From the NCBI GenBank assembly GCA_037379345.1, contig CM074511.1, positions 49,234,862-49,298,861 on the forward strand: 64,000 bases of DNA, written 5' to 3'. The translations under genes and the position numbers were made by a program. Of the stretch, positions 51,528-64,000 are shown in pieces. The first letter of the stretch is position 1. Each line of letters opens with the position of its first letter. Under the pieces are notes generated by a model. The model was not told where the DNA came from, ran no database searches, and saw only the letters and a list, made by a program, of their open reading frames with translations. This DNA comes from Perna viridis (taxonomy: Eukaryota).

Positions 51528-54500
51528 TAAATACACCAGAATAACTTCTATGATGCAAATAATAGATTATCTTTCCATCTTCTGATTTTATATATACACC
51601 TTTCAATATATAAATAACATCTTACCCATTGACCCCCTTTAAGTAGTATTATTTACTGTTGGGTTAATTTGTTGCCTGATTGTAACAATACTATGGTTTG
51701 TGTGTATACATATCAGGGGTTGTCATCGAATGCTGACACCTCTAAGATCCAGTTAAAGTATACAAGGAGACATCCTGGATGTGTCACAAGCCTCAGACAT
51801 ATGTACTTGTATCCAATACATATCACAATACATAATGGCTGTTTTCCCAAATCTTCAATGTTGCTAAACAAAAATAATCACTCAACTGAATAGTCATAAA
51901 AGCCTTCATTTTAAAATCATTTATGCTTAACAGGAATTGAACAATACAGAGTCATTTTATAGCTGAATTATCAGTTTACCCAGTTAAAAAAGGAATTTAC
52001 CTAAGTGTAAAAAATAATGTTTTTTGTTATGACATACATACATACGACCCATTTACTGATCTGACAGGAACTTTAGTAAGGGTATATTTTTTACCAAAAA
52101 AAATAAATAAATAAATACATAGTAGGATGAATACTTATAACTGACCGAATAGTCAATATGTATGTCTCAAGAAGTAAGCTACCTGGATTTTTTTTTTTCA
52201 AGTTGGATAATTACAGGAAATGACTTGACAATATCTAGGCTGGTGTTCTATCTATAGCTTGAGACGATAATGGCACAAAAAAAGGGCCACTTCATTTGAT
52301 TGAGTTTTTTTTTTTAAAAAGGCAAATAAACTACTGTTATCCATGACCATGTTCTGCATTAAAAATCAAAATAAAAATGTCTGATTCAGGATAATAACAA
52401 AATGTTTGACTTAGACAGAGATTTGTAGTTGAAAGAGTTAATTAAACTCTTTCAGTCATTCCTCCATGCTGTTGATTCCTCTGAAGCATATTTATGTAGC
52501 TTTTGTGAAAAATTCTGTCACTAATCAAATGAAACAGCGCAGTCACAAAAAAAAAAAAAAAATGAAAATGAAATATTTCAACAGAAAGTTAATTACCAGA
52601 CAGCATACATTTTCAACATGCTTGATTAGGAGACCTAATCAAAACATTGTAAATACTTGTCATAGAAACCTCTTCAGTGTGCTAGAACTTAAAATTCAAT
52701 CCCACCTCATAATTTTGTTATAGAACATTTCAAATTCCATCCAAACAAAATTAACATCAGGACATGAAGAGTTCACTCAACTAAAAATTTGGAATTTTAG
52801 CAAGAGAAGTGAATGAACCTCAAGTCATGACTACCCACATACTGCTATATTTGATAAACAATAAGATAAGTAAATATCACAGTAGAAAAGTATTTTAAAA
52901 ATCGATGATCAGTTACGATTGGTCTGAACAACTCCAATTATTAAATCTATCATAATCACTACTGATATTTCACTCTGACGTGGGGTGATAAGTCATCAGA
53001 ATCTGTAATTGTATTTACATACATCTTTAGTACAAGTGACAATGCCCTCAACAAACCATTTCTTGATTAAATTTACATTTACGTCAATAGCTTGTGTAAC
53101 ATACTCCATGAAAAATATTGGTTTTTTTTGCATAAAAATAAACTTATTGTGTACATGGCTTGATTTGTAAGGTTTGTGACCCTATCAAATATGACATGTG
53201 TTTTGGATGGGCTTTAGCAAGATCATTCACCTGGAAGGACAAACAGACATACAGACCAGTACCTGAGAACTCATCAATTTAGACCTTGACATATATTAAT
53301 ATATGTTATAACACCACAATAACCTAAAACAAACTCTATACCATTCAAGCCAGAATTTACAAACAACTAAATTAACCCACTGTTATTGGGCTACTTTTGG
53401 AAAAAAAAAACACACTGGCCTTACAAATGAAGTATGGGGATTTAAGTACCATTCTGTGTGGGCATCAGGCAATGGGTGGCACATCACATTTCTCAATCTG
53501 GCTTTTTTGCCACAAATATATTCAATACATCTAGAAAACAACTTTTTGACTGCTTATTTAAGGAAAAAGTATGGGGAAATTTTCCTGCCATTTTTTCATA
53601 ATGCACTTCAACTATTTTTGACTTATCACTATTTTAAAAAGACAAATTCTACAAACACTTTGATGGTTATTTCTGGAGGTTATCGGGTACAAATACTTGA
53701 TTAATGCAATAAAATCTCTGTGTTTTTTTCCTTCATGTGCCACACCATATACACATTTTGCCTGATTCTTAGACAGAGATGTACTTAAGAACAAGAAGTA
53801 TTCAGCAGTAATGAATAATTTAAACAAAAAAAAAGATCAGTTAAATCATCTGTACTTAGATATTATTTTATAGAACTAAAAACATTGATAGCTCAATTGT
53901 TAGCAGTAAATTTGGAACAGTATGACTAAATCAGTATGTCTATCTGTATCATCTGACTATGGACAATGACCTAAAAAGAGACATGTACATTATTATGACC
54001 AGTGTTATATATGCCAAAAATCATTATCAGTTCTCCCATCAACCATAATACAGGACAGGTCTATTAAAATGGGCCTCAAGATATATCATGGTCAATGGCC
54101 TTACAGATAGAAGTTTATAATGTAAATGAAATCCAATATTATATATAAATCCTTGAAAATTAAAACTAGAAAAGCAAAATTTAGGAAGAAAATAATGTTT
54201 TTTTTCCTTGTATCCTTCTAGCATAATAAATCAAACAATATAGCTTCAGAGAACAGAGACCGACAGTTATTGAATTTACATTAAATTAAAAGGCATATCA
54301 TTTTAAAAGAAACTTCCATTATCAGTGCAGTGTTATGTCAATAAACCAATGCCAATGACCAGCTATATACTATTTAACCTCTGAGATCAGATTTGTAAAA
54401 TAGTTCAATAACCGAGTGTCAATGTTACTTCATTCAGTCCATGGACATGACACAGCTTCTGAAGGAAACCTACGTCAGACTCTGATTGTGTCATAACGCA

Positions 54501-56295
54501 TTGATAAGTAATGTCATGAAAACGGCAGTAGTCCTAAATTCAATTATGAACTTGGAGTATTTAGGCCTTGTTCACTTAATGGATAGAGAAGGGTTTATTG
54601 AACTTCACTGAAAATAGAATGACCATGCTTCTAGTATAGAGATGTAAATTAAGTTGTCAGTAAGTCAGCATCATGGCTATCAGAGAGAGATCCATCAATA
54701 GTGATGGGATTATAACCCTGCTACTATTCTGATAAATAGATTGCATGTTAAGAGACAGATACGGCTGCAGTTAAAGACCCTGGTGGAAATTTTCTCCTAG
54801 GACAATATGGCTTTTCCATAGTTCCAATTTTTATAACAATATCATGTTAGCTGACAATTATTTCTTTAAAGATATTATCCTTCAAAAAACCTAATTAAAT
54901 GTGACTTATCACCATCTCTCTTATACTTTACTTGCTATTAAAACTAATCCTCCCTAGTTTTACCTTGGCAAAAACTTTTGATCTACTCATTTCAATTGTC
55001 AATACATGCAATTATTGTTTGACATAGAATGGAGGCCTAATTAAATAACATGAATGTATTTTTTCCTAACAGCAGAGATAAAAACTTCAGTAGCATTAGC
55101 TGCTATTCATCTCAAGACAATTTTGTCTGCTTCAGCAACTGTACTTCACATCTTTGGAAAAATCTTTCCGGCATCTCGCTACTGTGGATCAATATTTAGA
55201 CAGCTTCAAGTGCAAGTAAAACCATCCTCTGGCTTTTAATGAAACTGAACTAATTTGACATACCAATCTCACAAAACATGTTTGTCGATTTCCTTATTTT
55301 TCGTAAATGATTTGGAAAACATGTTGACAATGCATTAGTAGCAGTGATAGATAATTTATACAATATCACTGGTGATCTATTTACTGAGTGGTATTGGTAG
55401 TACTAAATGACTTATTCCTATACTAGACCAACACTCCTTGTAAAATGAGAAATTGAGTAACAAATTTACCTATACCACTGGTTATATGTGATTTAGTACA
55501 GTAACTAATCAAAGTACAATTACACCATTTTTTTTTTCTAAACAAATCAAATGAAGTGGGAAAAAATTGGACAAGTATGACTACATTAGCCTGCTTCTAC
55601 TTATAATCCCTAAACCCATGACTGAACCCGACACTATGTACAATTTTTATTGAAAATGAATCAAAGCAGATCATATTGTATTTAAGTATGATATTGGGTT
55701 CAATGTGAAGGACAAACAGTTCGCTATCATAACAATATGAATATCGTATTATTAATACCATTTTACTAATTTACAAACAGAAAAGCATTATCAACTTAAT
55801 ACCTATCTTAATGGACACTTTGATTAAAAAAAATGTAATTCTCATTTCAATAAAGAAAAAAAATCAAAATTCTTTAAAGTGAACTGAATAAAAGCATCTG
55901 ACAATTTAATCGGAGATTTACTAAGTACATGAATTATGGGCTATGTTTATAAATGGCTGCATCTTTGTAACAACACCTGCCGCTGTGGTTTTGGAACATG
56001 AATAACAATAAAACTACCTCTTTCTTTAAATGTTAATAATAAATTTCCAATCTGAATAAATTTTACAGTTATGTTCAACTATGAAACAGGGGGATATTAA
56101 TCTAAATATCTATTATTTTATATTTTTGCAGAAGTCTCAAGGGCCAGGAGTTCACATTAATACAAGTCGCAAAAGAATTTCTGATGACAAGAATATTGTT
56201 TAACTTGATCATTTGGAGTTTGAACAATCTAACAATAAAATCTAGTTGTTAAATTTCTTGGAATCTTTCTTAGGTATGGAGAAAATTTACACCTC

Positions 56296-57316
56296 TGGGC
56301 CAACAAGGGCAGGGTCACTTAGGACAGAGCTAACAATGGCTGGGCTAAAAAGGGCTGGGCCACTTGGGGCAGAGCTATCAAGGGCAGAACTAAGAAAGGC
56401 AGAGGTAACAAGCAAAGACCTAACAAGGGCAGAGCTAACAAGGACTGGGCCAACAAGGGCAGGCCGAGGGCAGAACTAACAAAGAAGAGCTAACAAGGGC
56501 AGGGCTAACAAGGACTGGGCCAACAAGGGTAGGCCAACAAGGGAAGAGCTAACAAGTGCAGAACTGACAAGGGAAGAGCTATCAAGGGCAGAACTGACAA
56601 GGACAGAGCTATCAAGGGCTGAACTAACAAGGGAAGAGCTAACAAGGGCAGAGCTAACAAGGACTGGGCCAATATGGGTAGGCCAACAAGGGCAGAACTA
56701 ACAAGGACAGAACTGACAAGAGCACGCGAACAAGGGCAGAGCTATCAAGGGCAGAGCTAACAAGGACTGGGTCAACAAGGACAGGCCAACAAGGGCACAA
56801 CTGACAAGGGCAGAGCTATCAAGGGCACAACTGACAAGGGAAGAGCTAACAAGGGCAGAACTAACAAGGGCAGAACTGACAAGGGAAGAACTAACAAGGG
56901 CAGAGCTAACAAGGACTGGACCAATATGGGTAGGCCAACAAGGATAGAACTAATAAGGGCAGAACTGACAAAAGCAGGTGAACAAGGGCAGAGCTATCAG
57001 GGGGAGAACTACCAAAGGCAGAGGTAACAAGGGCAGAGCTAACAAGGGCAGAACTAACAATGGAAGAGCTAACAAGGGCAGAGCTAACAAGGACTGGGCC
57101 AATAAGGGTAAGCCAACAAGGGCAGAACTAACAAGGACTGGGCCAATAAGGGCAAGGCCAACGAGGGCAGAACTAACAAGGGCAGGCGAACAAGGGCAGA
57201 GCTAAAAAGGGCAAGGCCAACAAGTGCAGAACTAACAAGGGCAGGCCAACAAGGGCAGAGCTAACAAGGGCAGGCCAACAAGGACAGATCCAATGAGGAC
57301 AGGGCAAACAAGGGCA
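56296..57316. repeat. Degenerate 14/15-bp purine-rich minisatellite with a ~252-bp higher-order period
   Basis: Unit aacaagggcagagct. Diagnostic variants recur 252 bp apart (aatatgggta at 56671 and 56923; gcgaacaag/gtgaacaag at 56726 and 56978). Confidence 0.95.
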
Positions 57317-58509
57317 TTCTGTTCATATCAATATGTTCATATTGTCACAGGCTGAACTGATACAATCTTGATGAAAATAACACTATCATGAACATTTTAC
57401 CTTTATAATTTTCCTTCTACATGTAAAATCCTATTATCTGATTTCAAACAAATATATTGAAAATAAGATTGTAGTGTAACAGAGAAAAGTTACATAAGAG
57501 TTAATTTAAAAACCCAATACCGCAAACAGCAGGTATTGACATAATTTGGTGTAAAGATACTCAAATGTTGAACATCTGTGTAAAGTCATTACGAAACTCA
57601 TTATTTATAGTTTTTACCTGTTAAAATGAGATAAACAAATTTAGAAACAAACAGTCGATTATGCAATATCCTTGTGCTTTATTGTGGTAACATTTTATTC
57701 TTTTGACAACAAATAATTTTATTGGACTTGCAGAAAAAACAAACAAGTTTAGGTGTGCATGAATGAGTAATTAACATCCCAACATAATCCCTGTTAGCAC
57801 CTAATTACATCGTTTGTATAAATAATTACTAATTACACACAATGTAATATGATTTACACATCTAAGGACATGCAAAGTTGGTACAAAAAAAAAAGAGAAA
57901 GAAATGTGACACAAAAATTGTCAAAAATTAAGTACAAAGTCATCAGATAATAATTTATCTCCTAAAACTGGATAAAACAGAAATAATTTTTAGTAATGTT
58001 CACCTAGAAGAAACTGAACTTAAAAGCAGTTTTATGACCACAGATATTTTTTTCATCTATAGTGAACCATTATTCCAGTGAGTATCATCTCCAAGTTGTT
58101 TGAGAACCCACAACTACACCAACAACCAACATTTATTTAACAAAGGCCTATGCATGATGAGGAACTAATTGAACGCTCATTACTGCTAATTATCCCCTCC
58201 TATTTACAGGTAATTGCAGATTATTTATGAAGAATGTTTGTTCCTGCTTGCTGATTTGTGCTTTCTTGTTTATATCAAAGGCTTTATGTCTGTCAATCAC
58301 ACCTGATTTGACAGGTAAGAGGCTGTCAAAACAATTCCAGAATCAGAATGAGGCCTAGTAGATATAATAACAAGCAGAAGGACAATATTATATTCCTCTA
58401 TAAATATGGGTAATTCAGATTTAATTTCCCTCAAATAATTCATAATGCATCTAATATAAAGGCTATCCAGAGAGTATATTGGGCTGGTGGATTGTATCAT
58501 CAGACTCAC

Positions 58510-58569
58510 CTTTGTGCACTGTCTAATGATCTGTTTCTGAGACTTGATCTGTCACCAGCTTTATGACCT
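58510..58569 (-). other. Candidate 60-nt exon
   Basis: Acceptor atttgtttccttttgttatag| and donor AAG|gtgagt. One open frame (GHKAGDRSSLRNRSLDSAQ, phase 2-2). Confidence 0.3.
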
Positions 58570-61500
58570 CTATAACAAAAGGAAACAAATTACAAGTCTG
58601 AAAATATCTATCTTTTAATATGAAGGATGCATTAGTCTAAGGTAAAATAGAACCATAGCACAACATGTATTTTTCTCAAATGTAACATACAAGATTCAGA
58701 CATGTATAGGTGACATTACCTTAAATCTAGAAAATTTGTCTGATCAATTTTTTAAGACAATAGCAGAGATGATTCATGATGTAGAAAACCCCACATAACA
58801 TACAATGCTTTTTGGACCTAAATACCCCATATTTTAATGTAATAATGTCATTTCTTTTTTCAGATCAGTATTTTTGAGAAAACCATACTCTTATCTCCCA
58901 CTTACATCAACCAAATCAAGAACAATAACTCTTGCAAAGTGCCAATTTCATGTACAATCTATAGAGTGCAACAACAGAACTAAGACTGGTTTATGTGGTC
59001 TGTTAGTGTTTCTGGACAAGAAATAAAAGTGAACTTTTAGGTTTTTTTTTTACATGCAATTCTTGTCTGATATTTTATTTTTCCCTACAGCAAATATGAA
59101 TGACTATTCAAGACAATTACTGTGTGTAATTTCATGAGAAAAAAATCAATGTTCATCTAATCAATGAAAAATGAAAACGAAAACTTGAGATAAAAAATCC
59201 TAATGAAATAGGTATTAAAATACATGTATTGCTCATTAACATATTAAAATAGGAATCACGCTATCAAACACAAACATCAACAACCATAATTCATCACTGC
59301 GACACACACACGGAAATTATTTATACATGGTAATTACAAAAAGGTATCAATTTAAACCCATCAATAAACTGGTTACTGTACTTATTGAGTCTATAAATGG
59401 CAGTACTTTTAAAGCCATGTAAAATCCAAGTTAATCTGAGTGTGTAATTATCCCACACAAATGACACTGCAGATAAATTACAAAGTTTGACATAATTATT
59501 ATTTTTAATGAAAAGAATTAACCAACTTAAACAAGGTGGATATAAAGATAGCACAAAAAGGTTATGAAAAGGTTTTTCTTGATTCATATACAACCCAGAG
59601 AATGACTCGGTTAAATCAGCCAACCTAACGAGTTTGTTGACAATTTTTTTAAGTTTATCGCCCACTTCTGTTGACTAATTCTACCCCTAACATGGAAATA
59701 ATAACACAATATCTCAAGGTTGAATTTTGACCAAGTTAATATTAGATATTTACTGGGAAGATTTTACCACGTAATGTATTACTGGCATATACATAGGGCA
59801 CAGAGTACATAGATGAAAGTGTTGCAGTGCAAAGTCATTATCAATACTTGTCCTTATTGGCAATGTAAGATCAAAACTTCATGCTTGTAATCTTAATTGA
59901 ATAAAATTTGGTAGGAATGATGCACAGCAAATGCTGCAAGGTTAGTCAGCCTGTTCCGATTAATTTTTATCCTCTACAGGCCTTATTTAGTCACAGGGAT
60001 TAGTAATCAGTTTAAAAATTATGTTTCTTGTTATGGGCCGACAGCCATGCTTAAATCACTGGAACATCTAATATTTTCCAATGTTTGCTGCGACATGACA
60101 GATTAGAGTCCTTTAACAAGCAATAGAAAAAAATTTATCTACATAACACAAAAAAAAAACCTGAAAACATTGGAATAACAATGATTTGTATCAATCATCT
60201 TGGTCTGTCTGACCTTGAATTCAGCAAAGCATCCATACAGAATAATAGTCACTTTAAAATTTGATACTGTCAATTTCGTGTTGAATACTTTGACTAGAGT
60301 ATCATTACAAATGATATTATCAGTATCAAAATTGAAAGCAAATATTTATCTGTTTATTGGTTATCCAATTTTGGCCATATTTATCAGTTTTGATGTACAT
60401 TATTCTTGGACTATTCTTGTCATGTAAAACAAAATTCAGCAGTGTGCAAACACGAAACATCCCTTAATTTAAAAACTCAATTGAAGATGACAGAAATATG
60501 TCACAACTGCCCCCAATATTTTAACAGATATTTTCTAGAATATCTTTTCATATACTTAATAGAGAAATATTCATCCACAAGATAAAAGGAAAAAAGTACA
60601 GATTACCGATAAATAAACTTGTTACATAAATAAATGCAATAAGGAAGTATAATAAAAATATACGAGTTCTACAATTCAACTTATTTCTTTACCTTTTACA
60701 AAAACCAGTGTGTTTATACGAGGTAATAAACCTCTCATGACCCCATTTTCACAAACTATGCAACTTTTACAATACCTTTCATGCTCACATCATGTAATAA
60801 TGGTCCTTATCAAAGTTTTTGCATAAATAAATATTCTCAATAAATGAAGCAACTAAATAAGCACTTGATGGTGTCAACTGTCATATAACTAGAAAGTTTA
60901 CAATTAAAATATTACACATTTTGTCAATATAAAATGTTTACTCTTACTTATCTATCTCTGACATAAAAGAGCTACTTCAGTTTACAATTTATAACTAATA
61001 CAATAAATTTGAGAATGAATTTGCAACTATGTTATATCTTATTGGCACTGAAGTGGGTTGTGACTTCAGTAAAATTCTCTACTCAAGCTAGGGGGTAAGT
61101 TACTTCATAGACCCCACATAGGTTGACAATGAATAGCCTCCGTGTGAAGACAGTGTTGCAAAACTTGCTATATTTTGTCTATTATTATAAGCTATAAATC
61201 ATTTTGCATTCCTTGACCTATAATTATCTGTTTGTCGAGGTATCCCAGTGCTATGTAATTACAACTCTGGCACTTAGTCTACAATGAACAACTTTGACGG
61301 AAATCGATTTAGGTTCACTTTTTATCGATTCAAATGTCTAGTCATTATGTTGACAAAACTTGGCGTTATCTTTCATATTTTTTTTTCTATCAAGATAGAA
61401 GAGTTTTGTGTATTGTCAAAGAATTTTATAACTTTCTTTTGTGTGGTTAATTTGCAATCAATCAAAATTTGATAAATTTCTATGATTGGCCTGCCAAACT

Positions 61501-61824
61501 AGACTGTGTTCAGGGAGGCCATGTTAAGACCAAAATTTGAATGACAAGGTCTTGAATGGTATTAAATGAGACATTTGCCAAATCATTTTGTATTTCTAAT
61601 TTATAGTGATCAATGACTTTATTATAGGGAAGACCAGACTTTAAAGGTATAGACAAGGAGCCTTGTGTATTTGAAACAGTTTCTTAGCTTATTAAAGGGA
61701 CCAACTTGTCTAAAATAAAGACTAAATTGTAGGCAATGTGCTAAATGAAGGATATAAGTCAACTAATGACTTGTCAAACATGCCTACAGAGCATAGTCTA
61801 GTACCTCACTGCACATACCAGTCA

Positions 61825-62252
61825 CAACCCCCAAAAACAATCCAGTCTTCCTACTGCAGTATGACATCTTGTAATACAATTCCAAAAAGATTCATTCACT
61901 GATAGTCAAGTTATTGTCTGGACAACAGAAAAATGCATGTTTGGCCCCTAATTTCTGAAAAGTTCAAATCTTTGCTCCAAAAATCAATCCAAGTCTGACT
62001 ATTTTGGTATGGAGTACTGTGGAACAATATCTTAGACATTATTATCCTTTTATTGGTGTTATGTACTTAAATTCCATGAAATGCTTGTTTTAGGCCCCTT
62101 TTTGACCCTTAATTCTACAAATATTGAGGCCATTCCCCGAAAAATCAATACTAACCTTCCTTTTGTGGTATGGAATATTGTTCTAAAATTTTATAAAGAT
62201 CAACCAAATAATACTTAAGTTATCATATGAAAACCAAGAGTCTAAGGACGAC
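61825..62252 (+). mobile_element. Decayed HINE/satellite-like element (2-3 degenerate ~150-165-bp units)
   Basis: Repeated ttggcccctaattt...aaaaatcaatcc...ttttgtggtatgga...aagttat blocks ending in ggacgac. Confidence 0.55.
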
Positions 62253-64000
62253 CTATCATAATTAGCAATTTGTAAAATGACATATTTTCGAAAATTGCAC
62301 TATTTTCTGTAATTTATTAAAGAGCTTATCAAGTTTTTTTTTTCATTATTGTTAAATTCTAAAATACCCTACTTTTTTATACAGCAGTTGAAATGCTCAT
62401 ATTTAGGTCAAGCATGCCAGGACTGACTTGACCTCAGTTATTGCAGCAGGTATTATTTAGTTAAATTGTAGTCAGCATCAGAACAACACTGAAAATGCCT
62501 TAAAACTAAGGTTTTATACCTCTTTTATGTATTTATTGACAGTATAGAGATCTTGGTATCAAAATGATTGGAAATAAAATGGTACAGGAATAATCTTAAC
62601 TGCTACGGGGGATGTGTAATAAACCTGACCAGTAATAACCCTAAAACCATCAATCGACAATCCTCAGATTAACAGGGTCAAGCAAACAATCATTCATGCC
62701 CACCTCTGTCATATCACATGCCTTCAATGAAATGACCACTAATTCAACACCACAGGGAACTTTATCAAACAATTTCCTGTTTCATTCAATGTAAAGATGC
62801 AAGGTGAATGCTGGACGCCATAGTGTCATCAATTATGAAGTCGGCCTGTACTCACAAGACAAGGTTAACATGATCAAGACTTTCCCATGTCATTCTAGGA
62901 ATGACCATCAAATTACCCTACATGCAATATCTAATTTGTCAAATTTCAAATCTAAGATTTCAAGGACGACATGTAAACTAAATTAAACAGGGAAAAGATT
63001 GCACCAAAAGTCACAGCCATAGCTGAGGATAGGGTTTGACAAGAACTTTTCAAAGCTTGGCTCCCAGTGGAATAGGAATCAGACGGCATTAGCTAGAGTT
63101 GGGATAAAATCCCTGAAAATCTCCAATATCTTAATTAAATATCACTAGCAGCATAAAGGTTTAGGTTCTTAATAGTACACCAAGACATGCCATCAGACCT
63201 GGAAAAGTCATTTATTTATAAAAATCCATCATCCCCAAGTCTTAAATAAGCCAGATCCACAAATTCCATTTATTTATTTATCCTGAGTTAGCTCTAATGC
63301 CTGACCTTGCCTTCAACCTGAAAAACCATCAGGAAACTAGAATAATTGCTTCTTCAGAGAGCGAGCCCCAATAAAAGCTGAAGCAAATCATAACCTATAA
63401 CTGTATCATGCTCACAGCATATTAAATAGGATGGATAAGAGAAGACTGTTATTGGAGAAACAATAAACTCAAAGCCACTTTCTATATTTACAACATGCAC
63501 TAACTGGAGACAAAACATGCAAAATATTTAAGTTTAATGGTAAAAGGAATTTTGTATCTCCCATTCCATTTATCATATATTTTTGGTTTGATATTGATTT
63601 TTTGATTTAGTCAATAAAGAATATCATTACATCATCCTAATGTACTTTAATATATCCGATTGAGGTTATGTATGCAGTTCATATATAAACATTTTGTAAG
63701 TTCATGTACCATGCTTGATGTAAACAAATTATTAATATTTATTATCTACACACAGTGTCCAATCCTGATAATTCAGTGATTAAGTAGTTTACATGAACTT
63801 AAATATAATATTCAAATTTTCAATTGAGTGTATTAGCTTAGAGTCATTTAAAAAAACAAACAAATTGTTTTTTAAGTGATGGAATAATTTAATCTTTTCC
63901 AATTTAATGATTATTTAGACTTATCATTGACTGCCAATATTTCACACTTATGGTTATGACATAATCGTAAATTTGTCACCAAGGTTGGCAGTCTAATCAA

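Noticed and set aside
55054-55239. 61-aa plus-strand ORF with an acceptor-like ttttttcctaacag
   Set aside because: Weak donor, opposite strand to the inferred host gene, no homology recognised.
56246-57205. ORFs 56246-56479 and 56978-57205 as genes
   Set aside because: Translations of a frameshifted minisatellite with non-ATG starts.
1-64000. Remaining 60-115 aa ORFs; tRNA, rRNA or snRNA genes
   Set aside because: ORF compositions (F/I/L/Y/K-rich, often non-ATG starts) are typical of random AT-rich DNA, and I recognised no structured RNA gene.

Overview
AT-rich animal (eukaryotic) genomic DNA, probably a bivalve mollusc: the Helentron/HINE-like and MITE repeats resemble those of mussels and oysters, but this is pattern recognition, not a database match. 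The only confidently identifiable gene is an intronless SoxC (Sox4/11/12-family HMG-box transcription factor) on the minus strand, 3089-4111. It lies in a CpG-retaining domain (1 to ~14.1 kb). Its upstream 4 kb carries a striking cluster of Hes/Hairy class-C sites, a Su(H) site and proneural E-boxes. From ~14.1 kb to the window end the DNA is strongly CpG-depleted and looks A/C-skewed, as expected for the methylated body of a large minus-strand gene. I find candidate short 3' exons of that unidentified gene (21250-21306, 14476-14574, possibly 58510-58569). Its huge introns contain MITEs, HINE-like elements, five minisatellites and several small CpG-retaining, motif-dense patches. The best overall hypothesis is a SoxC genomic regulatory block with a bystander gene. 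There is no prokaryote-type system (CRISPR, operon), and nearly all other ORFs in the track look spurious.
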